Below, one piece after another: positions 48,366 to 61,400 of a stretch of DNA of 64,000 bases; position 1 is the stretch's first letter, and the number at the start of each line of letters is the position of its first letter. The notes under the pieces were generated by a model that was given only the letters and a program-made list of their open reading frames with translations, had not been told where the DNA came from and ran no database searches. This stretch comes from Macrostomum lignano (taxonomy: Eukaryota). The stretch spans positions 452,250 to 516,249 of the forward strand of contig NIVC01000712.1 in assembly GCA_002269645.1 (NCBI GenBank), in the 5' to 3' direction. The position numbers were made by a program, and so were the translations under genes.

Positions 48366-50064
48366 CTTTACAGAGGATTTGGAGATGATTTGGAAGATGG
48401 GATTCAAGTCATGGAGTTTCAGCTGATGGATTTCAGGGAATGGAATTCCGGTGATGGGAGTTCTTCCCCTTTCTCCTCCGGAGGAGGAGTTCCACTCGTA
48501 TCGTCTAAATGTTAAAAAGGTGGCATCATTCCAATAATCCCGAAAAGAAATGACACACCCAAAGTACCCGTTTGTTTGTAAAACGTTAGTGCTCGTTGTG
48601 GGACGATGTAGTCGAAAGCGTTGCGCCTGTAGGCTACCTTAGAAGAATGCAATTAGCAGCTGTAAACAATAGGACAATTATGATATTAGCCGTATGAATA
48701 AAATGAGCAAAAACTCATGAGCAAGGGCTCAGGAGGTCGAGGTTGAGTGAATTCTCACTTTATTCATATGGCCATTGTACATGTACTCGTATGACACTCC
48801 GAATTAATAAAATGAATTTAGCAACCACTGCCTTCATTTGAGATGCTTCAATCACTGCGTCACAACTTAAGTAGAATAGGTTTTTTGAAATATGACGGAG
48901 CTTATATTTATGCAAAAAACCAGTCGATCATTTCCATCAGCTTTTCAATCTTACAGCTAGATGTAAAATGAGACATGAAATCTGGCTGGCTTCGAGAACG
49001 CAGCTATTTCTCTTTGATTACCTTCATCAACGGTCACTTAAAATAAAGTTATCAGGTTGCTTAACTTCTAGATTTATTTACGTTGAACTCTCTGATTACC
49101 TCAGCCATCGATCACGTAGCCATCTGATTGCTTGATTCCAGAATTACTTCATTTTTTGCAGAAGTCTCCTGGATGCCTGTACGCTAGTGTAAAGCAGTCT
49201 ACCATTATTCCACACTTATTTCACGGTAGTGCAAAGATAGTGACGGGTAGATAAGATAACCCACGTGACAAAACACTCACTCCTGGATTAAATTTGCACA
49301 TAGGGTGAATGCACAATTAAGAGAAACCGTGAATTAATGGACTTAAGTACTTGTCACTGGGCCTGGGAGAGAGTATGAAATTCTGATCGGGCAACACTGT
49401 GCCCTCCAGAAGCTCAGACAGCCGTCTCTATGTAACAAGGATGTAAATGAATTCTAAATAATATAACTGAAATGTGCAGAAAGACTATATATGAAATAGA
49501 CATTTCAATGTCCGATATTTGATGTGATTTCCGTATTTATGCTACAGAAGCAGCATATTTATGCAGTAATTGTACCCAACAACAATGTAAGATCCACCCA
49601 CTAAGCAAATATATTTTATTCACCTTGTACAGGTGAAACTTTTTACTCTTCTTGATTATACTCGCGTATTTAGCAGCATATTTCTCTCTCTATACTCGGA
49701 TTCAAATGAGAGTTTTAAGGCAGCCGACTCGCATTCTTAATAAAGCCGTTTAAGAGGCAATTATAAAATATTGTACTTATATTTTATATATCAGGTAGTT
49801 AACAACAGCAGCAACAATCCCGGGTGCGGTGTCTGTTGGATCATCCGATGAGGAATTGAAACTGGATTTCGAGCAATCAGACTCCATATAGCTATGGTTA
49901 ATTTGGTCGCAGTTGCTAGCTCTGCTATTGGCTGTTCAGACTGAGATGATTAGAGAGACAAAAAGCGAGTTCGAAGGCTTTCAAGCTGTTTGATGTGTGC
50001 GCGGTAGCCTTGGTCAGGTTGCCAGGGAAATGTGATGGGTGTTGCGTCACTCCGTCCACATTAG

Positions 50065-53000
50065 TCATTCAGCTGTGACGTCTAAGGCGCAGCCCCCGTT
50101 ACGAACCAGAGGTTTTTCAGAGTCGGATTGGCAGACCACCTCAGGCCCTCCTCCTCTTTTGAACGGGCTTGCGCCCGGATTTGGCGAAATTGCGGCTATA
50201 TATTGAAGGCTGTGCAGTCGTCTCATTAGCGTTAAAGTAGAGAGAACTGCCAATAGAATTGCACCAGAAACCACAAGTAGAACCAAAATCAGCCTCATCC
50301 TTTTAGGATTGGGACTTGTTTGTTCTTCTTCCGCAGCCGGATGGGCAGCCGCAAGCATCCAGCTGAGCACAGGTTGGCTCGAGTTTCCGCATCTGTTTCC
50401 GGCCGCATCCGGGAAGCTGATCAGAGCCGAAAGCTGCTCACTGCAATCCGTGAAGCTCACCAGCCCGAGTACCTCACCATCAATGGTAAGATTGACAGCT
50501 CTGAGTGAACCACAGGAGACTGAGGAGTTCGTACTCTGGACGGTATGGTTTCTGGAATCCAAATGTCAAGAGTTGTGAAATTTGATTTAATAAGCCAGCC
50601 TATTGTTCTGACAGCAGATAAACTGCTATTCTCAAGTTCAAGAAACTCACAGCTTATCAGCATCCTCGAACTCAGCTATTTTGCAGTCTTCTGCCCCGCA
50701 GTTCAGGTAGAAGACCTTCTTGGTCCTGTGCTCATAGAACAGTCCGATGCGAAGCCTCTGTGCGAGATTTAGCGGCTCCTTGCTGCGGGTGCTCAGGCCG
50801 GAGCCGACGCGAGTTCGCTGGCCTGAAGCCGGTGTTCAAGTGGAGTGAAATTGTGCAAGAGTTAAGCTGTGCTGCCTACAGCTAAAACTGATGTGCATTT
50901 ATTGCTTAACAATGATATTGTTCATGTTAGTCCTCACTACTGCGAGTAAGATTAGCTCATGAGAGTAGCCATGCGATATTTTATGGCAGATCCTGCCTCT
51001 ACTGTGTTTAATTTTCACTAGTCTAAAAAGCCACCGGTTCACTCCAGCTTACTCTCTGTAACGAAGTTCTTCAGAGTCGTGGAGCTGTTGAAGCTGGCGA
51101 GCCTCATGACTCCGCTGTCAGCCCTCATCGCAGCCGCCAGCTCAGCAGTCAGGTTCCGACGAACCGATCCTTTGGTGTAGCAGTTGCTCTCAAAATTAGT
51201 CATGCTTCTGCCGCAGAATCCCGGCTCCATCAGCCGAATATGTAGACCCGGAATATTCACTGAGCTTCTCCGATTCAGCCGGAATGAGACAGTCAGGAAG
51301 CTCCTACAGTTTGATGTAATGTATTGTGATTGAATTTTAAGTAAGAAATTGATTTAATAAAATTGTGTCCAGCATCGGGCCAGCTCTATCGTACCCTTTC
51401 GTCAGTTGCAGCACGCGAAGCATCTCCAGCTCCACGGGCTTTGGCTCGCTTGTTGAAGGCGACGAGCAAGTCGCTGGAAATGCATTGGGGTTCGCATTGC
51501 CAGGGTAAGAATCGAAGTGTTTGACTGGTTTTATCGAGTTCCAGCTGGCAGTTAGCAGCGTGGGTAAAAACCCACTGACTGCTTGTTCACAGATGCCATT
51601 CGACAACTGCTTACTTTAATAATAATAATATAATAATTGATTACACCTGCCCAATGGGCAGATGTGCAACCGACAGCTCAGCCGCAGCTATTGCGCGGCG
51701 CGTCTGAAGGCTGCGTACGGCTGTTCAGTCCAAAGACTGCGGGTTCGACACACACCCTCACTTATCCCAGCTAATGCTGGCACCCATTTTACAGCTGGGT
51801 GAACTGAAGCAATGCAGAGTAAAGTGTCTTGCTCAAGGACACAAATTGTTCCAGTGGGATCGGGAATCGAAACTGCGACCTTCACGTTGTGCGTCCGACG
51901 CTCTAACCACTAGGCTACAACCTCTAGACCATTACAACTGCCTTGAGTCAGCTATACTAGGCATTTATGCAAAGGCGTGAAGTTTGATTTCATAATCACT
52001 ATTATTATCAACTCTCTTTTCGTTGGCGACCAGACGGCTAAAATTGATGCTCTAAAGGCCTGCTGTCTTCTTCAACAATTAACATTATTGCACAGCTTAT
52101 AGAATATTCTCTAATTGTGATCAAAGCGCTGCTTACCGTCCGAAGCCTTCGAGTGCAGTTCGTATCGCATCGGTTGTTGCTGTGCAGCTGAATCCACAGA
52201 TTTTGTCCGCCTCCACTCGTTTACGCGAGCCTCCGTGTCAAAGCCAGTCAGAACCACAACGGAATTGTCAAGGTGGTCAGTCAGAATCTTCCATTTGCAG
52301 TTGAGCCCTTCCTCAGGCACAGGGTCCGCGTCAGCTTTGGGAATGATTCGATCTTCAATGAACTCGAGTTTTTTGCTGAGCTGGAACTCATTGGTGTTGC
52401 CACGCGGATAGCAGTACTGGTTGCCTGCCAGAGCTCTAAAGAAAAAAGGGCGGGAAAGTAGATTTATTGTAAATGGACACTCAAAAGTTACTGGAAGGCC
52501 CACTTAAGATTTGGTCTACTAAAAACGTTATTTTCTGAGCTATTATTGGCAAAATGTGTTGTTGATTATATGATTAATTGACTTTTCGGTCGGTACTTCA
52601 GTTATTTCTCCCATACCGACCTGTAAAAAGAAAACGTTTTATATTTTAATAATGTATAGAATGTATAGTAATATATTATTATCATTAGCTATGCTCTATA
52701 CGCATGTACGTGTAGAAATGCCATCGATTTTGGGGCAACATTCTAGCGGAATTCAATACGATAAAATGGGTGAGTATCTACTTACCATCCTACTGATAAG
52801 TAGAAAGACAAGAAAATATCGCGTGTAGAACAAGTTCTGTTTATCCAGCTACAGCACTATGATATAATCCAATTAACTTTCGTACATTAATGTACATTGA
52901 CAGCGCAAGCCTCGCAAGGACAGGTCCCCAAAGAACAATCCCACAGCGGGCAGCCCCACAAAGGACAGCCCCAATTAGTATGGCGCCCCCAGAGTAGCAT

Positions 53001-53161
53001 CCCAAAACATTCTGCCTACCTTTAAGCAAATGTTAATCCGCAAAAAAATCCCAGTTGGTTTAATGAATGAAGCGTCGCATCACTCACATTTGAAATGTGG
53101 CAGACAGCAGCAGAAGAGTCGCCAGGCTTCTGCCCATCACTATCTGCAGATTCAGTCGCAT
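50065..53161 (-). pseudogene. Receptor gene copy D, probable pseudogene; exons 53161-53088, 52435-52137, 51473-51053, 50822-50651, 50551-50065
   Basis: Splice sites are intact, but exon 3 is 421 nt with a frameshift and an in-frame TAA (~51337) in a diverged patch; intron 3 is only 230 bp. Confidence 0.82.
51615..51923 (-). mobile_element. tRNA-derived SINE in intron 2 of copy D (duplicate of 25961-26270)
   Basis: Same A/B boxes, core and tail at the same intronic site. Confidence 0.85.
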
Positions 53162-54739
53162 GTCGGACGCTTCCGGCACCTAAAAATCCCGATGTGAGGT
53201 GGACGCTGCATGCAGGAGATTCTGTGTCCGCTCAGCATTTATAGGTAAAGACGTGAAACTGCCGAACAAGCTGGATATTCGTAGATGCCATCAAAACTTC
53301 TTGTACACGTACGAGCGTACTTCTAATCACTTCTAATCGCTTAGCAATCCGATTTCTGTTTTAGTACCCGGATGTAGTGACAGTTAACTTGGCTTTTTGT
53401 TAACCCAACCCTGAGACCAAGGAATTTCACATGCAATAAGCGTCTTGATTTGACTTTTTATTTGATTTTAAATATAATATTGCATCTGGTGAGACAGGCT
53501 CAGTCTTTGCTCTGACTTACATGAGCAAAATTACATTCTAGTGACTCTAATGAACCCCTGTAGCTATGATACTACATGCAAAGAAAGTAATCAGGTACGT
53601 TGAATTCAAAAATAATTTTGCAACAGAAGTACAATACACACAGCCCCTAAGGACTCGAGAACGGGAATGCCTGTTAATCGAACGATGGTAGAAAATTCTG
53701 CGGTAACAAAAAATATTTTGTTTAACATTCTTAACCATTTTTGCTTCCTTCTATCTGATCTTTCCTTATACAAATCTCATTTGACAAAAAAGGACTCTTA
53801 ACATTGCCATCAAATTATGCTCAAATTTCTTAAAAATTATGGCAACTAAGTGTGCACGAAACTAAACTCACTGTCCATGTGGACTCACACTCACCAAGAG
53901 ATGTTGGCCAACTCCAACTTCTTGCAGACTTTATAAGAGAAAATTTAGGAGGGGAGCACCGTGGAAAACCCATGATTTTATAGGCCAAGCCGCGGTAACT
54001 CTCAGGAAGATCCAAGTGAAACCCACGGCTTATCCGCGGTGAATTTTCTCTAAAGCAGTTGGAGTTTGCCCTCCTTTCAAGTACAACTAAAAGGCAATTC
54101 CATGGCTCTCCCATGGAAATTCAGTCAGTAGAATTGTTAAATAGGGTTGAATTATAGGAGTGCAGGTGTACGAGCTATGCGTGCGCACAGTTTACGCCTT
54201 ATCACACTATTGTACGTAGCATGCCAGGAAAGAGAAGCAGAGGACGCACGCTCGATCTGTATCGTGCATGCGCTTTCAGACCAAGCGTGCACTGTTCATT
54301 GTACGCCGCATAGTCAGTGCTGTACAAAAAAGGACTTCAGTTTACCGAGAACTTGGAGTTCTTTATTTTTTGTTCTTTCTAAAGGTAGTGAAGTAAAAAA
54401 TTGCATGCATACAGATCCCACAAATAGTTCGTAAACAATAATAGCCTGCCGTTCAGCTCAAAGCAGTCAACTGCAGGGAATAAAATAAAAATTACAAGCA
54501 AGTGACATTGGGTCTGGCGGATGTCCTTATTGTCGAAGTTAAAGACTAAAATTTTCTTTATGGGTTCTATCGGGGTTCACAAGGTTTTTCAAAATGTATT
54601 TATGATTTCTTCTTTTAGTTTATTTCAACAACGAGCAGTGCGAGCTAAAAGTACTGTGGTGCAGAAACAGCTTGAGTATTAGTTTCATAGCTCTCATTTA
54701 GTCTTTTTTGGTGGAAAACTTTAGCTAGAACTTTAGGAT

Positions 54740-55135
54740 ATGTTCCACATTATCTCGATTCTGCATTCCCCAGATTTTAGCTCGTACATTCCCCCAGATT
54801 TTACGTTCCCGCAGCTTTCACATTCCTAAGATTTGCATCTCCCAGATTTCACATTCCTTAAATTTTACATTCCTCCAATTCTACATTTCTTAGATTTCAC
54901 TTTCTCCAACTTTTACATTCCACGAATTTTGCACCCCCAGCTTTCACATTTCGCAGATTTTGCTTTTCTCCATGTTTCACATTCCCAGATTTTGCATTCC
55001 TCCATATTTTACATTCCTAAGATTTCAAATTCCTAAGATTTCAAATTCCTATGATTTCAAATTCCTAAGATTTCAAATTCCTAAGATTTTACATTCCAAG
55101 ATCTTACATTCCCCAAATTATACATTCCCAGATTT
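54740..55135. repeat. Degenerate 16-bp minisatellite block (copy D flank)
   Basis: Duplicate of 29090-29485. Confidence 0.85.
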
Positions 55136-55851
55136 CCCGGCGTCGCAAGGAAACAACAAGATACGCTGTCAGAGTCCTTTGACGGTAGCAGCACAAGTCG
55201 CAAAGAAAAGCCACGTCGCCGATTGAATCCGGGGCGCCGGCGTCAGACAGCAGGCTGGAGACAAGGCGCGAACCCGCGATACGTGCATGGGACAGCTTGA
55301 TTTTGCCAGCCGCTCTCACCCCATGTACGCAAGGCGAACCCCAGAGCTATTTTTAGCAACACATCTGTATAGTGCCATTTGAATGTGAAAGTGCAAGAGG
55401 ATTCTCTGGTCTGTGTTGAACGCTCTTTAATTTTTAAACGTTTGCGTTATTAACAAGTTTTTTCTGTTATCTTCTGCTTGCATGGCAGAAAGACTTTCAA
55501 ACACTCTGGCCTGTAAAGGCTCTATTATGAGTGAGGCCCAAATCTCAGAATTCGCAGCACAGAATATTCAAAGCAGGGTATTTGATAGTCAACAGGAACG
55601 CATAGGCACAATGCAAAAATGCATAGTTTGAGTGTAGCGTTACAGCTCAACGAAGTTTCTCTCTGTGCCCTGCCCTCAACGCATTTTGTTGGGAGTCTTC
55701 TGTGTCACGCGTTCGCAGGCTGCTGGCTGCTGCAGCCTCTAATCTCGGAAACAGTTATTAAAAAAATAAACAATGCTGAAAATGAAACGGAATGAAATGA
55801 AATTTCATTGCCATGTGCATGCTATATGCGCTAGTAAATTTATTACATTTT

Positions 55852-57827
55852 TGATGGGTTTCGACCTTTGGGCTCCTTGTTAGGGAAGCCTTCGGGCCTC
55901 AGGCTCAGAAATAAATCAATTAGAGCCCTGGCCCCCCACTCCTGTCAGATGGTCAGCCCCATGGTAGCTTGATCGTGTGGCGAGCAGTCTTGGTCCTATA
56001 GCTAAGAGAGGGACAGCGAGAGACAAGCAGGGAGAATTTTGAAGGTAGAAATTAGTTAATCCGCAGATTAGCTAACTCGCTGCCACCAGCCCGTACGTCC
56101 TGGCTCACCACACCGGGACTCTCGAAATCGGGCTTCCGACTAGAAGGGGCTTTGCACTTACCTTGCAACTAGTGTCTTTTTGCTGTCAATCTCGAAGTCA
56201 TAGCCGATGATAAGGGACACTGCTGGGACTAGATCGCATTGGCCATGCAGGTACAGAGGGGACTTGTGCAGGGGATTCTTGCAGTGGCGAGTCTATGGGG
56301 TAGCTACATGTACTATTACATTGCTAAATACGAAGATATGTACTTTTGGCCTTCAACGCGCCAACTAGCCTATCATAGCGCTGATGATAGGCTAACTCGA
56401 ACTTCAGAGACCTCGCATGATTCATTTACCCGAGCCGCTTGGCTACCCTAGAGTGCACAAAGTACATCTCTGGCGCCGATTCTGCACTTCTGGCAGTTTT
56501 GCTCACTGATTTGATAGATTGGTCGACTGAGAACCGCCTTGCCATTGGTCCACTGTGACCGGCGCCTACTAGCTTAGCTACTCATCTGAGCCATCGGCGA
56601 ACAAAGAAATAAAGCCGATAAAAATAACTGTTAGATTTAACCTTCTCCTTAGATCACTTCACACCTCAGATTGAATTGGAGTTTTAGACTACTAGCAGTA
56701 TTATTGAATGATTTCTGCCTCAGCAACAGCACTTATTGAACAAAATGAGCAAAAGTGTGCGCCTAATTCAGCTACTGAAAAAGGGGACAGATAAGGGATC
56801 ACCCAATCAAGCAAGTCTAGGTAGCCTCTCACCCAACCAATCAGAAACTCAACAGCCGGAGACCAGGTAATCCACAGTGACCGAATCGGCTTGATGCTCT
56901 GCAGCTGTAGACTCGGGATGATGCTGTCACAATCTTCGCTGTTAGCTAGCAGGTGATGCTCTTCACTTGATGTTCGCTGCTGATGACCGGGGGACTCGTC
57001 CTTGATGATGATGGGGGGGAAGTCGCAATCCGGGGATCAAGAAACGACGGTCAGGCTCCGGGAGGTCTCAAGCTAGGCCAAGGTCCCAGGAGGTTGAGGT
57101 CCGAGCGGGCCAAAAACACCGGTTTAAATAGCCGCCAACTGGACCGCAGTTTGTTATAATGGAACACGTTGATTCTGATTGGCTGAGCCGTTTTGTTAAA
57201 ATGAGCGCCGAATTTTCTGATTGGCTAAGCTTGTTGCTACCCATAATCACGTGACCGAGAGATCCTATCAGTTCCCACAGGGTCGTAAAAAGATGACAGA
57301 TGCGGCCATAAATCAATCAAAATCGCAACAAAATGATTTATGACTTTTCGCGTAGGATTGACAGAAATTGATGAAAAAATATACATTAGCAAGCTCTTAT
57401 TAAATAGAAAGTGAAGATAATGAAGAGAAATTGCTAATCGCTAATCCCAAGGTACTTTTAGGGTAAAACGCATAGCTGTCAAAGCTGTCACACGCTTGAG
57501 TGAACACGAACAATAGGCTCTGACCTCATAAATCTTGATGGCCTGTCAAAATGATGAGAAAAAAGCTACCGCCCGCATCCTCTCAGACCATCTGGCACCC
57601 GCCTTAACACTGAGTGAGGCGCAGGTGGCTGTCAGACCAGCTTCGAAAGCGATGATTTATGACCCAAAAAGCTGCGCCTATGTTATTATGACTACTAGTA
57701 TGACCAAACATTATATCTAGTATAGATTCTATGACAATTAACAAAAAAGGATAAAATGCCCACTGCCCACTGTTAGTAGGCTGGTAAAGTTAGAGCCCAT
57801 GTGCTAGCGCGGGATTTGGATTCATCA
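55852..57827. mobile_element. 1976-bp insertion, probable solo LTR
   Basis: Termini TGATG...CATCA, 4-bp TSD TTTT; empty site ATTACATTTTCATTAC at ~7855-7870 in the paralogous region; no long ORF and no internal direct repeat seen. Confidence 0.65.
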
Positions 57828-58478
57828 TTTTCATGACAAAACGTAAATTTCGCAAAAGGGTTACAGTTAAAATGGTTAGATTAGTAGGTACAATAATTTT
57901 GTTAAAATAATTTTGCAGGCTTTGAATTTACCTACTAATACTATTAATACCCAAAATTGTCCATGCGCTCGTTTTTTCACCACTGTTTAATTCAGCAACA
58001 AACCAAGCAGTCAATCCTTATTGCACACATCTTTCGCGTTAGTGCAGTGAAAACATCAGATGTGTGGAGGATAGGTAAAGTAGTAAATGAATTATAAACA
58101 AATGAAATATTTATAATATTTACAGCGATTACCGCATTTATAAAGCAGAAAAATTGTTGCATATTAGTGACAGCATAAGTGTACAGTGATCACTCGCATA
58201 TAACAGCTAGCGAACTTCTCACTCAATCCTCGTAGTTCATTCTTAGTAAAGCTGCTAACACTTAGTTAACACCAGCAACAAAATCATAAAATATTGTCTG
58301 TTGAATCTTCAAACCAGTCATTTACCGGATGCATCCGATGAGGAAGTGAAACTGGATTTCGAGCAAACAGACTCCATAACTATTAATGATTTTGTCTCTT
58401 TTGCAAGCGCGGATATTGGCTGATCAAAGCGAGATGATTGGCGTGACTAAATGAGAGCTGGTAGGCTTTCAAGCTGTT

Positions 58479-61400
58479 TTATGTGCGTGCTGTAGCCAGA
58501 ATGAACCAGAGGTTTTTGGGCGTCGGATTGGCAGGCCCCCTCAGGCCCTCCTCCTTTTCAACGGGGCCTGGGACCGTCTTTGGCGAAGCTGCTGCTTCAC
58601 GTTGAAGGCATTGCAGTCGACTCACAAAAATTAGCGTTAAAGTAGAGAGAAATAACAATAGAATCAAACCAGCAGCCACAAGTTGAACGACAATCAGCCT
58701 CATCCGTTCAGGACTGGGACTTGTTTGCTCTTCTTCCGCAGCCGGCTGGGCAGCCGCAAGCATCCAGTTGAGCACAGGTTGGATCGAGTCTCCGCATCTG
58801 TTTCTGGCCGCATCCGGGAAGCTGATCAGAGCCGGAAGCTGCTCACTGCAGTCCGTAAAGCTCACCAGCCCGAGTACCTCACCATCAATGGTAAGATTGA
58901 CAGCTCTGAGTGAACCACAGGAAACTGAGGAGTTCGTACTCTGGACGGTATGGTTTCTGGAATTAAAGTGTAAATAGTTGTGAAATTTGATTTAATTAGC
59001 CAGCCAATTGTTCCGACAGCAGATAAACTGCTATTCTCAAGTTAAGAAACTCACAGCTTATCAGCATCCTCGAACTCAGCTATTTTGCAGTCTTCTGCCC
59101 CGCAGTTCAGGTAGAAGACCTTCTTGGTCCTGTGCTCATAGAACAGTCCGATGCGAAGCCTCTGTGCAAGACTCAGCGGCTCCTTGCTGCGGGTGCTCAG
59201 GCCGGAGCCGACGCGAGTTCGCTGGCCTGAAGCCGGTGTTCAAGTGGAGTGAAATTGTGCAAAAGTTAAGGTGTGCGGTCTACAACCCAAGGTAAACAGC
59301 GATGTTCAGTAAAGGACACTGCATGCGTTCAATAAGCTGGCAATGAAAACCATTTCTAAGTTACTGCAGGCGAGGAATTTACATCTCTCGTGCGTACTGC
59401 TCCTATTGTGGGTTTTGCGGCGGTTTAACATAACGGCTTTGTCGGCCTGAAACTTGTGAATATTATTCGATAATAATATGAAAACTATCGATATAAAAGT
59501 AAGTGCAGGACAACTTTATGTTTCTGATTATAGCGCTATCTGGTATCATGGGCCATATTATTGATGCTGTGTGAAGCATGCATATTGCAAAAATTATGTA
59601 GCTTAGGCCATAGGAGCTTGGGGTATGAGATGCAACAGCAAATAAAACGAAGCAGGTTTGTAACTTGAAAACTTTATTGAAATACGAGCGAATTTGGAAA
59701 TGCAGTTTTTAATTTGCATTAATTATTATTAATTAATTTGAAAATTCGCCAATTAATTCGGCTTAAATTACCTACAGAGTGTGATTAAACCTTTTAATCA
59801 TTGTCTTGATTATGATTGGCAATCTGGTGAAAAATGTTTTTTTTCAGTGGCGAAAATGAGCATTTTTGAGCAATTGTTCAAATTTGATGCATACGCTCGT
59901 ACACCGCAGCACAATTATCAAGGCAAAACTTCTGGCAACGCATGCATTCTTTCTTTACCTGCGCTGTTACGTTGTAATAAGCTTTAAATATTGATTTGGT
60001 ACTGACATGGCGGGTACAAGACCTGAATTTACCAGTTTTCTTGACCCGAAATGTTACTGTACTCTAAAATTTGGTGATAGACTTCAAGTTGATTCAATGC
60101 AAGCTGCACGCCACAGACATTAACCGTAGGAATACCTCAGGGAATTTCTCAGTTAAAATTTCTCAGGGAAAGGCTCATTTGCACTCATTCTCAGGAGCCA
60201 TTAAATTCAATGCTAATGTGCAATGGAATATAGAATTTTACTTCATTTGATTGCAATTTAATAAGCTTTTGTAGTGTAATTTAAGGTGCTATTTCTAAGA
60301 TGGCTTTGTTTTTATCCCTAATCCATTCCTGACATGCATGTAGTATATTGAGGGAAGTTCACTAACACAGCAGCACTCAGCCCTGTTTTAAGATATATAG
60401 TCTTCATGTACTAGTAATTCGTACATTATTGTTTCATTTCGCTAAGTGTTTTAAAGCCACCGGTTCACTCCAGCTTACTCTCTTGACGAAGTTCTGCAGA
60501 GCCGCGGAGCTGTTGAAGCTGGCGAGCCTCATGACTCCGCTGTCAGCGCTCATCGCAGCGAGCTCAGCAGTCAGGGACCGACGAACCGATCCAGTGGTGT
60601 AGCAGCTGCTCTCAAAATTAGTCACATTTCTGCCGCAGAATCCCGGCTCCATCAGCCGAATTCTCAGAGTCGGGATATTCGCTGAGCTTTTCCGATTCAG
60701 CCGGAATGAGACCGTCAGGTAGCTCCTACAGTTTTTATGTAGAGTGCAGTGGTTGAGTTCAATTACAGAATTATAGATCTCAGAGAATTGGCCAGCTCTA
60801 TCGTACCCTTTGGTCAGTTGCAGCACGCGCAGCATCTCCAGTTCCACTGGCTTTGGCTCGCTTGTTGAAGGCGACGAGCAAGTGGCTGGAAATGCATTGG
60901 GATTTTTATTAGCAGGGTGAGAATGAAAGCATTTGCTGTTTTTATTAAGTACCAGCTAGCATGGGTCAAAAACTACTGACTGCTTGTTTACGGTAATGGT
61001 TAGAACTGGAAATCGAAACCAATACTACATGTACGAGTATAATAGCAAGTTTAACTGTGCTCAAAGTTCTGCTTACAGTCCGAAGCCTTCGAGTGCAGTT
61101 CGTATCGCATCGGTTGCTGTGCAGCTGAATCTACAGATCTTGCCCACCTCCGCTTGCTTTGGTGAGGCGCCGTGTCAAAGCCAGTCAGAACCACAACGGC
61201 TTTGTCAAGGTGGTCAGTCAGAATCTTCCATTTGCAGTTGAGCCCTTCCTCAGGCACAGGGTCCGCGTCAGTTTTAGGGATGATTCGATCCTCAATGAAC
61301 TCGAGTTTTTTGCTGAGCTGGAACTCATTGATGTTGCCACGCGGATAGCAGTACCGGTTGCCAGCGAGAACTCTGGGAGAAGAATAGAAAAGTAGCTTTG

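Larger units (their letters stand above)
36537..48498 (+). mobile_element. Head-to-tail array of 7 non-autonomous Helitron-like units (unit ends 38282, 39803, 41100, 42309, 43531, 45992, 48498)
   Basis: Units start T(C)TTAATACTAAA plus GTTT/GTCT microsatellite and end with hairpin CTCCTCC-nnn-GGAGGAG, about 5 nt, then CTCG (CTC in unit 2) before T. The host sequence seen intact at ~21970-22030 is split by the array with no TSD. No Rep/helicase ORF. Confidence 0.72.
51370..55255. repeat. Near-identical duplicate of ~25700-29610 (5' half and upstream region of copy C)
   Basis: Identical or near-identical ORF-track translations (26457/52111, 27187/52841, 27893/53547); shared SINE. Confidence 0.93.
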
